Positions 11,055-25,660 of a stretch of 57,932 nucleotides of DNA are shown in pieces. This stretch comes from Octopus bimaculoides (Eukaryota). The position numbers and the translations under genes were made by a program. The stretch is taken from the NCBI RefSeq assembly GCF_001194135.2, contig NC_068992.1, forward strand, positions 60,601,126-60,659,057. The letters run 5' to 3'. The stretch's first letter is position 1. Every line of letters starts with the position of its first letter. The notes beneath the pieces are model-generated. The model was not told where the DNA came from and ran no database searches. It worked only from the letters and a program-made list of their open reading frames with translations.

Positions 11055-12209
11055 CGAAACAAGAGCGGTAAAGTGACAGAAATTATTGAAAACCTGATAT
11101 GAAATACCTTTATACAATCGTAGAGTAACCGAATTTGCCCCGCTTTCTACATCCATCCCCGTTTCCTAGGTTCATGTAATAAATACTACATACATAGCGA
11201 GGTTATTCCATTGATTTTACTTCCGCCTACAGGTAAATATTAACCTTGTATGTATCTATGCAAAAGAAACCACCATGATTATTGCCAAAGAATCTCTTCT
11301 TTTATATTTCTCTTTGATATTCCCCTTTCCTTTTGATATTTCACATTTTCATCGTTTGATGTAAAAGCAATCCGATACGTTTTTAGTGTAATTCAAAGCG
11401 GATATTTGCCTTTCATTCGTTCTGGTTATTTTTATAAATATGTGTAATTAGCATAGCAGACTAATGCATTCAATAGCCGCTTTGTACCATTTTATTATTC
11501 GGCCAACAATAAAACTGTATGACTTTTGTAAATACATTACCGAATATGATTTTTTAAAAGCTTTATAGTGGAATAAAAATGTTTCATCGATTATTGTGAT
11601 ATAAGAGAGTATATTTTGTCGTTAAATAATTCGACTTTCTGTTTAGAATGAAGAAATCAATCGTTAAAAATACAAAAGTTGCTAAAAATATTGATTTATG
11701 ACATTGGCAAAACGCCACAAATCTTAAGTGAAGTAACAGTCGAATTTTTTTTTTTTGGTTTTAGCTTTATTTTCTTTATACAGGCATGTTCAAGAGAAAA
11801 CAAAACATAGCCTACGGCATTTTTCGTGATCTGGGAGAATGCTGATCTTAAGTAGAGGGACGTTATCGTCTGACCAAAAACGTACTCCGAATACCGAAAA
11901 TTGAGTGGATTCCCCTAAGACAACTAACACCCAAGAACAGGAACTGTCTCTCTTACAGTGGTTTGTATTCAGTTTCCGTGCATCAATTTACGTTCCAAAA
12001 GTTTTGGTTGACTCGTAACAACATTGTTTTAAGACTAATATCGTGACTAAACGAACACACGTAAGTTGATTTACAATGTGTCTCTCGTATTTATTTCATC
12101 GACTCCCATAAAAGCCAAAGGGGAAGAGGAAAATAACAGTTTACTTAAACGGTGTTTCACTTCATAAGTTAAAGTTAATGGCTCACTACCACAAAGCATT
12201 CTGTTCGGT

Positions 12210-13000
12210 ATTCACCAAGTTTGTTAATAAATCATTTTACCCGTTAATATTTTCCCATAATCTGTTAAAGCTGATCAGTTTTCTGAAAGTTTCTGGAAAG
12301 AAAATAGAAATGTGAGACCACCCTCACTTGATTTTGAATCCACAACGCTTTTTGATATATCAAGGTATCTAAATTGCCGTTTTGTTTCTCCACTACTGTT
12401 TCTGTTACTCGATCCGCATCGCCGAACTCGACACTTGCTGATACTATTGATTTTTCCCTAGGCACAGTGATTGGATGGATCTCAATTGTTTTACTGAATC
12501 GCATTTTATGGAATCTTGAAGAAGTAAATGTAAGTCTACCTCAGCGAAGTGTGAACTCTGAACGTAAAATTCTCTAACTAAATACTGCAATGCATTTTGT
12601 TCGACGCTCGAAAGAGTCTGTTAAGGTCTTTCTTTTATTTTTCATTGAAGATCTACATGGCTAACAAGTTGATCGAATTGATTTGCTCCAGTTCAGCCTC
12701 CACTGAGAGAAAGTATGATCAACGTGGTCCATCTGTGATCACGCGGTCTTTTATTCATAGTGAATTTCGACGTACTTTATCTAATATGAGCCTTTTTTTC
12801 CATAATAATAGAGGCAGAAGCAAGAATGGTGCCAGTGGTACCTATCTCAATGATAGCTTGCCAAAAAATTTGCCTGAACATGCACCGAGGTATAAGCTTT
12901 CTTTTCTAAAAACATTATTAGAGGGAGATTTGGTTGCTCTTTAGAGTACATTATGCGGCCATGTAGGGGTTACCACGTGGTTACCACGTCTCCTCGGTGG
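12210..13000 (-). mobile_element. Highly decayed Tc1/Tc3-like transposase remnant (tentative)
   Basis: Fragments across frames fall in the expected order: PRRRGNHVVTP, PLLLWKKRL, RVITDGP, LLQDS, KRQF..SVVDS..FQKLSEN. They loosely resemble Tc3 motifs (VIFSDEKKFNLDGPDG, FQQDNA, C-terminal helix). Many stops and no TIR found. Confidence 0.35.
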
Positions 13001-13554
13001 CTGTCAGGTATTCAACAGTTTTCTGACTACCAGATATGGTGATTAACCAAGATTAACCACTATTTCATTTACTTGATATATATTTTTTTAATATTATTTT
13101 GTATACTTCGATATCTTTCATCTGCTTGTCTCGACCAATAGCTATCAACTTTATTCGGCGTCCTATTAAACGTTTTGATGAAGACGCCATATTATTGCAT
13201 CGGCAATTTACTTGTCAGATATCTGCAGCGTATTCGAGTTGATAATTCAAATAAATGTTACCCAAATTCAATTTAGAGATATTTGAGAAAAGCAAATCTA
13301 ATGATTACTTATAACTTGTGTGATAAAATCTGTAAATCTCTCTCATTGACGAGTAAATGTTGTTAGCTTATCCCTCCATAAACTCTCACTTTTCAGTTGC
13401 CGATTTCCAGCTTTGTAGTTCTTCTTGAATCATTGCAGATTTTGCTCCATATATGTGGTTGGGTTGGGTTGGGTTAGGTATAGATTTAATTTTGTTGATC
13501 TAACAGAATAGCTGTTAAGGTACTCATATATTTAGTAGACCTTTGAGAGATTTT

Positions 13555-13790
13555 CGGCCTTTCTGCACCCCACTCGCACATTTCATGCTGGCATGGATCA
13601 GCACTCGATAAAAAGCAATCGACCCAACTATTTGACTGGTACTTTATTTTATCAGTTCAGAAAGGATAGAAACGCAGAAGCTTTGGCCATGGTAGAATTT
13701 GAACTCAGCATGTAACCAATCGAAATAAACAACACAAAATCTTATCCTTTTTTCCACGTGATTCTGTCAACCCACCGCCTACTCAAAATA
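13555..13790 (-). mobile_element. SINE family A, old
   Basis: GACTGGTACTTTATTTTATC, GAAAGGAT and AGAATTTGAACTCAG occur in reverse-complement order. Confidence 0.6.
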
Positions 13791-14963
13791 TTTACATTCG
13801 ATTGAATACTGACTGCATAAGAAAATTAGATCTCGGTTATCATGAAAATCTCTCATACATTTGCATGAATTTCTGAAATATATAGAGTTCTATGCATTAT
13901 TAACGAAACAGCAGCATGCAGGTAATGCACACGTTTGATTCAACTCCCTAACCAGTTGGAATCTATTCAGCTTTACACGCACTATTAGGATACTATGAAT
14001 TTTTGACAAGTTTAAATACAGTTTATTCATAGGCTAATGACCCGATGGATGTTGTTACGATAACATATATTCCAAAAGTGTGTCTACATTCCAGTTTAGG
14101 TAGAAGGATTGTTGGTCATATTTTATGGAGGAAATTCTTGGGATAAGGTAGCCAGATCGCATCACTAAATTCTTTCACAAGATACGAGCAGTAGATCACA
14201 TACTTAGTCCATAAAAACCAATATTCCAATAAAGTTTATAAATTAGAGAAATATCTTTGGGAAACGTTAATCCAGATGTTTTCGCTAATAAGTTTTGTCA
14301 GAGAGCGAAGTCTTTTCTATCTCCGTTGGAGAGAGAATATATTCAATTCCTTGTGGCTAGAACTACCAAAATTTATTAAATGCTTGTCGATGCAAATCAG
14401 TATTAATTCCCTTGGACTTAATTTTGATTTTATTTTTATTTGCTGCTTATTCAGTGTTTCGGTATTTTAATTATGCTGAAATAATAATTGTTTTCTTCAT
14501 CTCTCTTGCGTGTTTCATCTGTCACAATCGATATTTTATAAATATTTTAACATCGAATTTTTACGATATTTCTATGCCCCTATATTATACAGTGTACATA
14601 ATGGACATTATTTTGTAGTTGTTTTGATCCAATTCAACACGGAAAAAGCATCCCATTCATCACAAGTATTACAGTTGTGATCATTTCATGTTTTTCAGAC
14701 TCATTATTTTCGGCATTACATTCAGTTTCAATGTGGTTTTCTTTCATTTTTAAGATGAAAACTTGTTATATGAGAAGAAAATAAACTATAATTTTCTCTA
14801 GGTCGAATAACCCTAACGAGGCTGCTTCATTTGCTCAGGGATGTGCATGTATTTCATATAAGCAGTAAAGACCCGAACAGAATTGGATAGACAGCTCAAA
14901 ATATGAGCTTAACACATATTGTAACGATTCACGTAGGGAATATTTTCATTTGAGAAAGAACAC

Positions 14964-15100
14964 TTAAGCTTGTTCTCATATATCCTTAAACATGCTTACC
15001 CTTGTTCCTCATATATTCTTAAACATATTTAAGCTTGTTCCTCATATGTTTTGAAACATATTTAAGCTTGTTCCTCATATATTCTGGAACATATTTAAGG
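14964..15100. repeat. 33-bp minisatellite, about 4.2 units
   Basis: Consensus TTAAGCTTGTTCCTCATATATTCTTAAACATAT, with units starting at 14964, 14996, 15029, 15062 and 15095. Confidence 0.92.
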
Positions 15101-15834
15101 CATTCAAGCTGAAGAAAACGTAGCAGCCTGTTTATTGTATGTATTCACATTCTGCTGTCACATTCTGTTGCAGAGGTCAACGTTACGTTTCAACATTCCA
15201 GATTCAATAACTAAGTGTGGAATAGATAATTTCTAATCATTTTCTAGATATGTTTAGCTTTGAATCAAAGCAAAAAAAAACAAAACAATTTAAAATATAC
15301 AATGAATATTTAATTCATAATCAAAGAATTCCTATTGCTTTTTGCAATGCATTGTGTGTAACTCAGATTGAATGAATGTTCATGCAGGTGTCAGTTTTTA
15401 TAGAAAACGATTTTTCTTCACGAAATATTCACCTCCATTATCTTAGAACTGACAACATATACGTTTGAAATGTTTCAAACAATATGATTATCAACATATG
15501 TTGTTTCCCCAGAGACAAGTCCCCTGTTATGTTTAAACAAAATGACCCCTGTTTTATCCGCAGAGAGAAAACTACTTTCTACATGGATAAAAATATTCAT
15601 TTAATTCTTTTCTGGAAAAAAAGTTATATCTCAGTTTCAACAGCGAAAAGGATCAGCTTTTACTTCGTGGCGCGACCTGTTGCAAAGCGCACACTTATAT
15701 TCCACTCTTCCCTCTTCGTAATTCTCTGCTATCAACGGATAATGTAGAAGTAAATACTCCTAAAAAGCAAAATGAACCAAGTAAAACGATTTTTAACGTA
15801 GTTATGCTCAGTCAAGATTGATTTTGGACAGTAT

Positions 15835-15930
15835 GTCATCATCATCATCGTCGTCGTCGTCGTCGTCGTCGTCATCATCATCATCATTATCACTATCACC
15901 ATCATCATCATTACCATCCTCATCATCATT
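15835..15930. repeat. (CAT)n/(CGT)n trinucleotide array
   Basis: Direct reading. Confidence 0.95.
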
Positions 15931-17864
15931 CCTAATTGTTATCATACAAAGAATCTTGTAGCAACGCTAGTGCGGCTGCTTTTGTTGTTGTTGAGCTCTT
16001 AGTATTACTATTTAGATTTCAGACATTATTCCGTATATTTTTATCAGATACAATGTATCTAATATGCCCATAACTTTGAAGGCAACAGGTTGTAAAATGG
16101 AGTCTATTCCATTAATACAAGATTGAATTGCTAGGACTTGTGCAACTACGTCTCTCAGAGTGTTTCATTTCATTTAAATTAATTGAAGCCCTATCACATA
16201 TGGCTCCGAGTTCAATGAAATGCATACCAGTAATACAAAGAGGTCGTTTTAATTATCAATAACACATTCCCACAATTAACTTAGCATTGTACCCATTCAA
16301 GAGCAATTATGATTATGTTTTTCGACAGAACTGGTTTACAAGCAAAGCGGGGTTGTGTTTCGATTAAGCCCCTTGCTTTGTATTTCGGTTCTAATTAATA
16401 ACACAAATATATATGATCATAACGCTAAGCAGTGGTAAAGCTGATTCCCTTTTGGAATATAACAGCAAGACGAAGGATTCATTTTTGCTCGGATGTCTAA
16501 TCTTTTATTGGTTCAGGATAAATTATTTTCGAATTTTCAGATTTTCGTATTTATATGTAACAGGCTTATATATATGGTCGAAAGGTTTTTGGTGAAAAGA
16601 AGTTTCGAAACTGATCACAACTTCCACGGTAAGTATGGGATCATTATTCCTTTTGTGAAAAGCATAAATACACTTAAACTCCCTTGTTAAATGTTCCATT
16701 ATCGTACATCTGCCGTTCCATCGATAAATTGTGTTATCTACGTATTCTATAATCGTCGACAAACACAAGGCATTGATACAGGATTAATATTTTGTCACAA
16801 TTATAAATATTAGAATAGAGGGGGAATAATAAGTAGTTGTATATCATGCATATTAACTTCGATACACTTTTCGGCTTTTAATTCAGAAATTATATAAATA
16901 ACACTCATTGATTGTTACTGTGAATCATATTTGTGTCACAAGATAATGGTTTGATATGAGAGAATTTATTTCTATTTCCAGACCCAATTCAACATTTTAA
17001 AAAGCAATACTTTTTAAAGTAGGAGGTCGCCATTATTTGAAAAAAATAATTTGATAATATGCTTTTTGTACAGAACATTACATTTGCTCTCCTGAATCCA
17101 AACCCTAAAAAATATTTTCTATCTCTTCTAATTGATGAAATATATTTGGCTTAGAATCAATTTCATTCAATAATATGCTGTTATTTATTTTCATTTCCAT
17201 TTCGTTCCAAGATTCACTAATATTTTAGATGGTATGAAATTTAATATCATATCTAAAATGCCTTTGAAGAAATTGTATCGTTTTTAATCTTGTTTTAAAT
17301 CGTTTCTTTCCTTGTTTTATAAATATATCATAGAAATATCACGTTATTATTAAATTTCCTGTAAAGAAAAAATGGCTTACATTTTCGTTGAAACGTAATA
17401 GTTTATCCATTTGACTGCAAACCATTTCCTAAACAACTACTCTGTTTTAACATATTTAACTTTCCAATGATGAACAACTACGTTCACTTTGAATATATAA
17501 CGAATTTGAGGGAGAAAGTTTATATAGAATTGATCATATAAAATATATCCCTTTCTCACAAAAATACTCTAGAATTAAATTTACTGCTATGAGAATAATG
17601 TTTAGAAATTTCTCGTGAGAGAGAATGTGTTATGTATTTAAAAATAAATGTTTTGGTTTCTTGCTGAAACACGGAATGAAAATGTGTGCCAAAGGTTTCA
17701 CAAACGTAGTTGAATTGGTTTAAAAGTAAACTAACCAGGAGTTTCTCTTTAAATCTATCATCATCACCATTCTCCGTTTCATAATTTCAAATGCAGTTTT
17801 CTTCTTCTTCTTCTTCTTCTTCTTCTTCTTTCGCATGAGTTCAACAAATGTGACCACGCGTAAT

Positions 17865-18284
17865 CGGTTTCAATTTTGGTACAATGCCAGCAATTTTAGG
17901 AGAGAAGGTAACTTGATTGCATCAATCCCAGAGCTCAACTTGTACTTAATTATCAACTCACAAACGATACGATTTAAAGTTGACCTCGGCGGGATTTGAA
18001 CTATGAGCGTGGAGAGTCGGAAGAAATTTTGCTCAGCATTTTGTCTGCCACGCTAACGACTCTGTTAGTTCATTGTCTGCCTTAACTTGGATTTCAAATT
18101 TTGGCACAAGGCCGACAATTTCGGACGTAAGCGTAAATCAGTTATATCGATCCCAGTGTTGAACTGGTACTTATTTAATTGATCCCGAAATGATGAGAGT
18201 CAAAGTCAGTCCCAGCAGAATTTGAACATCAGAAAGCAAAGACGGACGAAATGCCGCAGAACGATTTTGCCAGCTCGCCACCTT
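17865..18284 (-). mobile_element. Two tandem SINE family A copies (17865-18084, 18089-18284)
   Basis: Each shows AAATTTTGG(T/C)ACAA(T/G)G, (A/G)ATTTGAAC and a head-like end (CTGCCTTA, CTCGCCACCTT), i.e. the reverse complement of family A. Confidence 0.8.
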
Positions 18285-19524
18285 GTTGGCAAATAAGGAA
18301 TTGATCAGAAAGTGGAATACAATATTTTGTTATAAGTGAAATAAATCAGATGTTTCATGCAGAACCCTTTATTAGACAGACATTCTTCCATGACGTAGAA
18401 ATGAGTCCTTTGCCTTTAAAGTTGGTTTTCCAGTTTCGACTTCCAATATTAATATGGTCTTCGTTTTATTATGTCACTCATTAGTTTCCAAAGCAGAAAT
18501 AAATTTTCAGTAATTTAGTGTACCAGTTCACTTTGAAATATGGAACTTCACATTCTAATAGTTTTGGGTGCATAGCTAACTGTGTGGCTATGAAGTTAGA
18601 TTTTCAACTTGTATTTTCATATATTATCGGATCGAAGACAATTGGCGTATGTTTGAAATTTGGGAGATCGTATCTGTGTGGTAGGCCGGCTGACAAGGAA
18701 CGTCTGCCGTTTTGGAGAAACAAAACTTAATCTAACGACTGTTAAAAAAAAACACCACCACCACATGACCATTGGGTGGCTTTCTTTCCCTCCTTCCACT
18801 GGTCCTGAAAATCAATTAGAAGTATTTGCTTTACATTTGTGTTATTTGATCAATTGTGTCAGACAATGATTTAGAATTCTATTGAAGCTACTAATTGTAA
18901 ATCATACTATTCTTTAGATAAATATTTGATATTGTCAATGTAAAAGTATCCATTTAATACCAATATTGCTCAGTTTAGTGAACAAGAACGCATTAAAGCA
19001 AATATTCGCTTGCTGCGAAAAGAGTAATAAATAACTGCAAATATACGTTGCCTATTTCGAAGATAGCACTAACACCATATTTCGTATTTCTGCTAGGTAA
19101 CCAGGTTAGAAATCAATAAATTCCTAGGTTACCATACTGATATTCAAGATGAAATATATTCTTTAATAAAATCATTATTGGCAACAACTCTGAAGCCTAT
19201 GTTAATTTCGCCGTGCAAGTCAAGTCTCGTCGTCTCTGTTCAACGAAGGAATCATTACAAAATCCTGTAGCCATAAAATGCCTGTCTTTATAATCCGCTC
19301 AGTTGTTGGGAGAGTACGTTTCTGGAGTGTTGTACAAAAAATCTATTTAAGTAAAGATGAGAATCAGTCTAGAACATATATTACTACCTTCTCATATGGA
19401 ACTCTATACTTACATCAGTTTTAGCTACCAGCGTTGAGCAAAAAACTGTAAACATAGTTGTCTGGTTAAGAAACGTCGATATGCAGACGCGTGGTTCTGT
19501 GATCGTTCCCAATGTACGGGCATA

Positions 19525-19650
19525 TATTTGGGTGAAGAAGATTTCTTTGCACGCACGTAACTTCGGGTTTAGTGCCGTAGCTTGGGCAAATGCCTTTTTA
19601 CTCCGGGCTGACCGATGCCTTGTGAGTGAAGTCGGTGGGCAGAAACTGTG
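19525..19650 (+). mobile_element. SINE family B 5' half, diverged
   Basis: CTTGGGCAAATGCCTT...GACCGATGCCTTGTGAGTGAA...GAAACTG, followed by (TG)n. Confidence 0.6.
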
Positions 19651-20015
19651 TGTATATAACAGAAACTGTTTATGTGTGCGTGTGCGTGTGTGTGTGTATG
19701 TTTGTGCGTGTGTGTGTGTGTGTCTCCCACATGAACTATATATATATATCCGTGAATATGTGTGTATCTCTATACACGTGACTGGATAAGCATAGGTACA
19801 TATATTCTTTTAAACGTACATGCATACGTATATATATATATATATACATATATATTGGTATATATATATATATATTGGTATATATATATATATATATATA
19901 TATNNNNNNNNNNNNNNNNNNNNNNNNNNNNNNNNNNNNNNNNNNNNNNNNNNNNNNNNNNNNNNNNNNNNNNNNNNNNNNNNNNNNNNNNNNNNNNNNN
20001 NNNNNNNNNNNNNAT

Positions 20016-20064
<49 letters not shown>

Positions 20065-21805
20065 CATACATACATACATACATACATAAATACATATACA
20101 GACCTGCATATAAATCAAAGATAAAGTTACTATTTAGAGTTTCTTTGTTATAAAGATCAGTGTAAAATATACTTCAAAATATATTTCACAACATCCTATC
20201 ATATGCTCCCACCTGTGCGCTATTTTGTAAATGAAACACTGTTTTAAATCTATGTTTTCCTTAGTTTCTCAATTAGCATACATTTTGTATCTCAATTGAG
20301 ATACATCAACATACTGAAAATGAGATTAGAAAGAAGTAGTTAATAGGCTTTCTAAATGTTTAATTAACTAAGCTCTCTCCTTAATAACTTGGTATGTAAT
20401 ATTTTAGTACGATAAAAGCAGCGGCACATTAAGTTGTCTCAAGTTGACCCACAGTAATCATTGCCAATGATAACGTGAATTCAATTGAGCAAATCATTAA
20501 CACTTGATGGAAAGAGAAGGGGAGTAGACTGAGTATGATGTATTATGAACCCATTCTATGATCTTTAACTGTACTACATACTCAAGTACGAGTTATTGAG
20601 AATCCGCAACAGCTGCGAAGTATTTATTTATCACTCTCGCAAATTCGAATCTCCATGACATTTTATTTCTCTTGCTGTAAAAGAATTTTACTTTTAGCTG
20701 GAACGGCGAAGCAAAATGAATGAATTACATGAGTCAACATTTAGAAGATTTATATTTCAATATACAATTGCTTGACGAACCGATATTTCGATATCATATA
20801 TCATTAGAAGCTTGATATTACGTTAGTCGATATTTGGCCTCCTGATATTTCGATAGACCTTGGTTTGAACTATACCTGTTTGATACATTTTGCGACTGTT
20901 CGATACATCGATATCAGATGGTAAAAACGTTACCGAATATTTGTTGTTAATTTGGTCAGGGTCATCCACGATCGAATAAACCTTTCATAGAAGTTCCATC
21001 TATGACAATTCAGGGTTTTCAATACCTAAGGAGTAACTGCCGTAGAAAGAGACCTAAAGGGAAAAAAGTGGAACGAAACAGAGTTCAAGGAAGTTAGAGA
21101 CGGGCGATATATAGGGAAAGATATATATATATATATATANNNNNNNNNNNNNNNNNNNNNNNNNNNNNNNNNNNNNNNNNNNNNNNNNNNNNNNNNNNNN
21201 NNNNNNNNNNNNNNNNNNNNNNNNNNNNNNNNNNNNNNNNNNNNNNNNNNNNNNNNNNNNNNNNNNNNNNNNNNNNNNNNNNNNNNNNNAGAGAGAAACA
21301 GAGAGAGAGAGAGGAACAGAGAGAGAGAAACAGAGAGAGAGAGAGAAACAGAGAGAAACAGAGAGATATACCAAGTGTGAGAGAGATTTATCAGGTTAAC
21401 TTGTGGATTATCAATGAATGTATTTCTTATACTTCAATAACAGTATCCCCATGACAAGTATATCTAACTTTTAGTGGCTCACACATCTACCTGTAAATAA
21501 CGGTTAAACAAGGTGGTACAGCTCACCATTGTAAACAGCAGGGACATTCTAGATTCGTCGAGTGTTTATTAGATTCTATTGTTAGGATTCAACTTTTACA
21601 TGGATGTAAAGCAGAGTACGATTGCTCCCACGTGATTAATTTTTTCCAGTACGTACTACGTGCACACGTAGCCTTAATAGGGCTTCAACAAGATGTGTCG
21701 TTCTCCACCATTATCATGGCGTCCATTTTGTAACAATGCATACCTCTGCTTTTTTTCCTAGAAATATCTACATAACAAATTTCGAATTACACCAATTGTA
21801 TGACT

Positions 21806-22032
21806 GTTCCAAATTTTGGTACAAGCCCAAGAAATTTAGTGGGGAGGTGTTAGTGGACTAATTCGACTCCAATACTTCACAGGTACTATATTTTATCGAT
21901 ACCGAAAGCTAGAAAGGAATAAAAGAATAACTGACCTCGGCGGGATTAGAACTCAGAATATAAAAGGTATAAAAAAATGTTACAAACTGTTTTCATCCGA
22001 CGCGCTAACGATTCCGCCAGCTTGCTGCATTA
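21806..22032 (-). mobile_element. SINE family A
   Basis: CAAATTTTGGTACAAGCCC, GACCTCGGCGGGATTAGAACTCAGAA and GCTAACGATTCCGCCAGCTTGC. Confidence 0.8.
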
Positions 22033-22148
22033 ATCTACTTCATAACAAACGGAGTCATCCAAAACAGAGACGAGTACCAACGTTCGATTTAATTTAGATG
22101 TTTTATCAAAACATCATTGAAATACAATTTGTTTGCAAATATAATATT

Positions 22149-22327
22149 GATTTCAAATTTAAGAACAAGTACAGCAATTTCGGGGGGGGGGAATAAGTCA
22201 ATTAGATCGATCACAATGCTCAACTCGTACTTACTTTATCGATCCCGAAAGGAAGAAAAGCAAAGTCAACATAGGCGGAATTTGAACTCAGAACGAAAAG
22301 ACAGACGAAACGCCGCTAAGCATTTTG
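22149..22327 (-). mobile_element. SINE family A, 5'-truncated
   Basis: GGCGGAATTTGAACTCAGAACG...GACGAAACGCCGCTAAGCATTTTG. Confidence 0.8.
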
Positions 22328-22409
22328 ATTTGAAAGTATAATAAGCACGGAAACTTTTTTACTGAGAATCATAGGAGTATATTATATTATATAAGATATA
22401 TATGCATAT

Positions 22410-22536
<127 letters not shown>

Positions 22537-22870
22537 TAACAACGCGACGGTTATGTTGGCAAACACAGAGGGACTTCTTAATCTGACCAGTTGGTTTACT
22601 GTTTCTTTGTGATTGAGCAAAGCTGTTTTCACTTTATTTTCCATACATTTTGATTCTTCGGTTCTATTCCATAGTGGAGCGGAATGCAAAAATCATTGAA
22701 ATATGTTTTTAGTTTTGTTTCTTGTGTGAAACAGAGAAAGAAGGGGGAGAGAGGGAAGGAAAGACGTTACAAAAATAAATGAAAGCTTTCCCATTCACAT
22801 AATATTTGATGTTCGTTTACATTTAATGTTTGGTATTTCATACATTCAATATATTCTAGACACACACACA

Positions 22871-22910
<40 letters not shown>

Positions 22911-23776
22911 ATATATTCTAACACTCCCATGAGTGTTTATATATATATATACATACATACATATATATATATGTATATATATATATANNNNNNNNNNNNN
23001 NNNNNNNNNNNNNNNNNNNNNNNNNNNNNNNNNNNNNNNNNNNNNNNNNNNNNNNNNNNNNNNNNNNNNNNNNNNNNNNNNNNNNNNNNNNNNNNNNNNN
23101 NNNNNNNNNNNNNNNNNNNNNNNNNNNNNNNNNNNNNNNNNNNNNNNNNNNNNNNNNNNNNNNNNNNNNNNNNNNNNNNNNNNNNNNNNNNNNNNNNNNN
23201 NNNNNNNNNNNNNNNNNNNNNNNNNNNNNNNNNNNNNNNNNNNNNNNNNNNNNNNNNNNNNNNNNNNNNNNNNNNNNNNNNNNNNNNNNNNNNNNNNNNN
23301 NNNNNNNNNNNNNNNNNNNNNNNNNNNNNNNNNNNNNNNNNNNNNNNNNNNNNNNNNNNNNNNNNNNNNNNNNNNNNNNNNNNNNNNNNNNNNNNNNNNN
23401 NNNNNNNNNNNNNNNNNNNNNNNNNNNNNNNNNNNNNNNNNNNNNNNNNNNNNNNNNNNNNNNNNNNNNNNNNNNNNNNNNNNNNNNNNNNNNNNNNNNN
23501 NNNNNNNNNNNNNNNNNNNNNNNNNNNNNNNNNNNNNNNNNNNNNNNNNNNNNNNNNNNNNNNNNNNNNNNNNNNNNNNNNNNNNNNNNNNNNNNNNNNN
23601 NNNNNNNNNNNNNNNNNNNNNNNNNNNNNNNNNNNNNNNNNNNNNNNNNNNNNNNNNNNNNNNNNNNTATATATATATATACATATACATATATGCACAC
23701 ATGTATATATACATATACAAATATATTGTGGTGAGAGATTTATAGACAGATAGCTGGCTAGTTAGCTAGCTAGCTT

Positions 23777-23852
<76 letters not shown>
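23777..23852. repeat. (GATA)n microsatellite
   Basis: Direct reading. Confidence 0.97.
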
Positions 23853-24217
23853 TGCACTAACGTAGAGCTTGTCAGAAACGACGTGCCGAAATTTAATCTT
23901 CCCTCAGTAATTCATAAGGAATTTGCTAGACATTTTTCTTCTGCTTTATTTTGTCTTCTTTTCGCCGAGTGCTATACTTTTTACCTCTATTCACACTTTT
24001 TCCTCACTCGAGATATTCATATACTTCATTATATTCTCTTTCTACGTACCTATATATGTATGCATGTATGTATGTATGTATATATGTAGTCATTGTTCAG
24101 TTCTATTTCAAGATATCTTGCCAATAGAGGAAAAGCCAGTTTTTAACCATGATCGTTTATTGGAATTTCAATACCAACAAGATGAAAGTTTTGCTCGTAT
24201 GTATCTATGTATGTAAG

Positions 24218-24254
<37 letters not shown>

Positions 24255-25001
24255 GTATATGTGCAGATTTGTATGCTTTGCTTTATGTATGTATTTTCAT
24301 GCATATAGTTGCATATCTAGATATGCTCATATATATTTAAATGCTAAACTTCTGCAAAGTTTTACGGACTTTTACAATTCCATTGATGGACTGGATCTGT
24401 AGTCTTCAAATTAACTTTGTCCTTTCCGGTTTTGAGAAGCTTAATTTCTCAAGATTGCTATTTAGGCAGTGTGTAACATATCCCAGGGCTCCAATAATTA
24501 CAGGTATAAACTTGAACTTGTAATCTGTATAGAGTAATTGCAGTCTTCTCAATAGCTCAGCGTAGGTATTCATTCACGTTTTCACTGATCTCAGCTTTAT
24601 GTTAACATCAACTGGGCAGCTAACTTCCATAACTGTACACAGTTTCTCTTCTCTATCCCAAATCATTATATTAGGTCTGTTGTGCTAAAATTTTATTCCA
24701 CCATTTTATTATTAGTCGCTACGGAATCTACCATACTGTGGGTTCTTATTTCTTTGTCCGCGGGGTTATCTTTCTGACGGATTTCATTATAGTGTCCTAG
24801 CTACAAATTCATGTCACATCGGTAGAAAATACCGCGATGACATTTTCCGACTACTGTTATCTTGATATCTTCGGTGTTAACTCCACAAAGTCCACATCGG
24901 TTGTCACATTTTACTGCTTTTCCTCTTGCATCCCTATCCCTTTTCTGCATCAGGTACTTGGTTGATATTACCTATTCCGGGAGGCAGTAATCCGATGTAT
25001 G

Positions 25002-25050
<49 letters not shown>

Positions 25051-25078
25051 NNNNNNNNNNNNNNNNNNNNNNNNNNNN

Positions 25079-25145
<67 letters not shown>

Positions 25146-25147
<2 letters not shown>

Positions 25148-25660
25148 TGAGTGGTACAACAAGGCACAAATATTTACAGGAAATAGCAGTCGATACAAAT
25201 ATGACGCTTATTAAAAGTTTCACTGCGTATGTACTGGCAAAGACGGGTGAGTGCAACAAACATGAAAAATTTGTCTTACCTCTAGGAAGAACATTCGATA
25301 AATGGACAACCCAGAATCGGATAATGCAGGATCGGTTTCTGACTCTTCAAATACGTTTGTTAACGTAAATTTGATTAGTCTTCATCAGTTGCATTTACCT
25401 AGACAATATTTCTAATGTTGCCACATCAATGGCTGTATCCTCGGCTGAACGCTTAGCTATTAACAGAACGCGAACAGTGAAAAAGTTTTCAATGAAAAAA
25501 TAATGCAATACAAACGTATTACTTTCCAGTAAAATAAAGCCCCAGAAGGGTAGAAGTATAAATATAAATACAGATGAGTGGTACAACAAGGCACCAATAT
25601 TTACTGGAAACAGCAGTCGATACAAATACGACGCTATAGTAAAGCTTCACTGCGTATATA
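25146..25660. repeat. Direct repeat pair of about 88 bp (25146-25233, 25573-25660)
   Basis: The first 63 nt match at 59/63. The offset is 427 bp. Confidence 0.9.

Noticed and set aside
13457-13478. GGTTGGGTTGGGTTGGGTTAGG, telomere-like or G-quadruplex-like
   Set aside because: Only three G3 runs and a single TTAGG. This fits a short pentanucleotide microsatellite.
14964-15100. CRISPR-like repeat length (33 bp)
   Set aside because: The units are contiguous with no spacers, and the context is eukaryotic.
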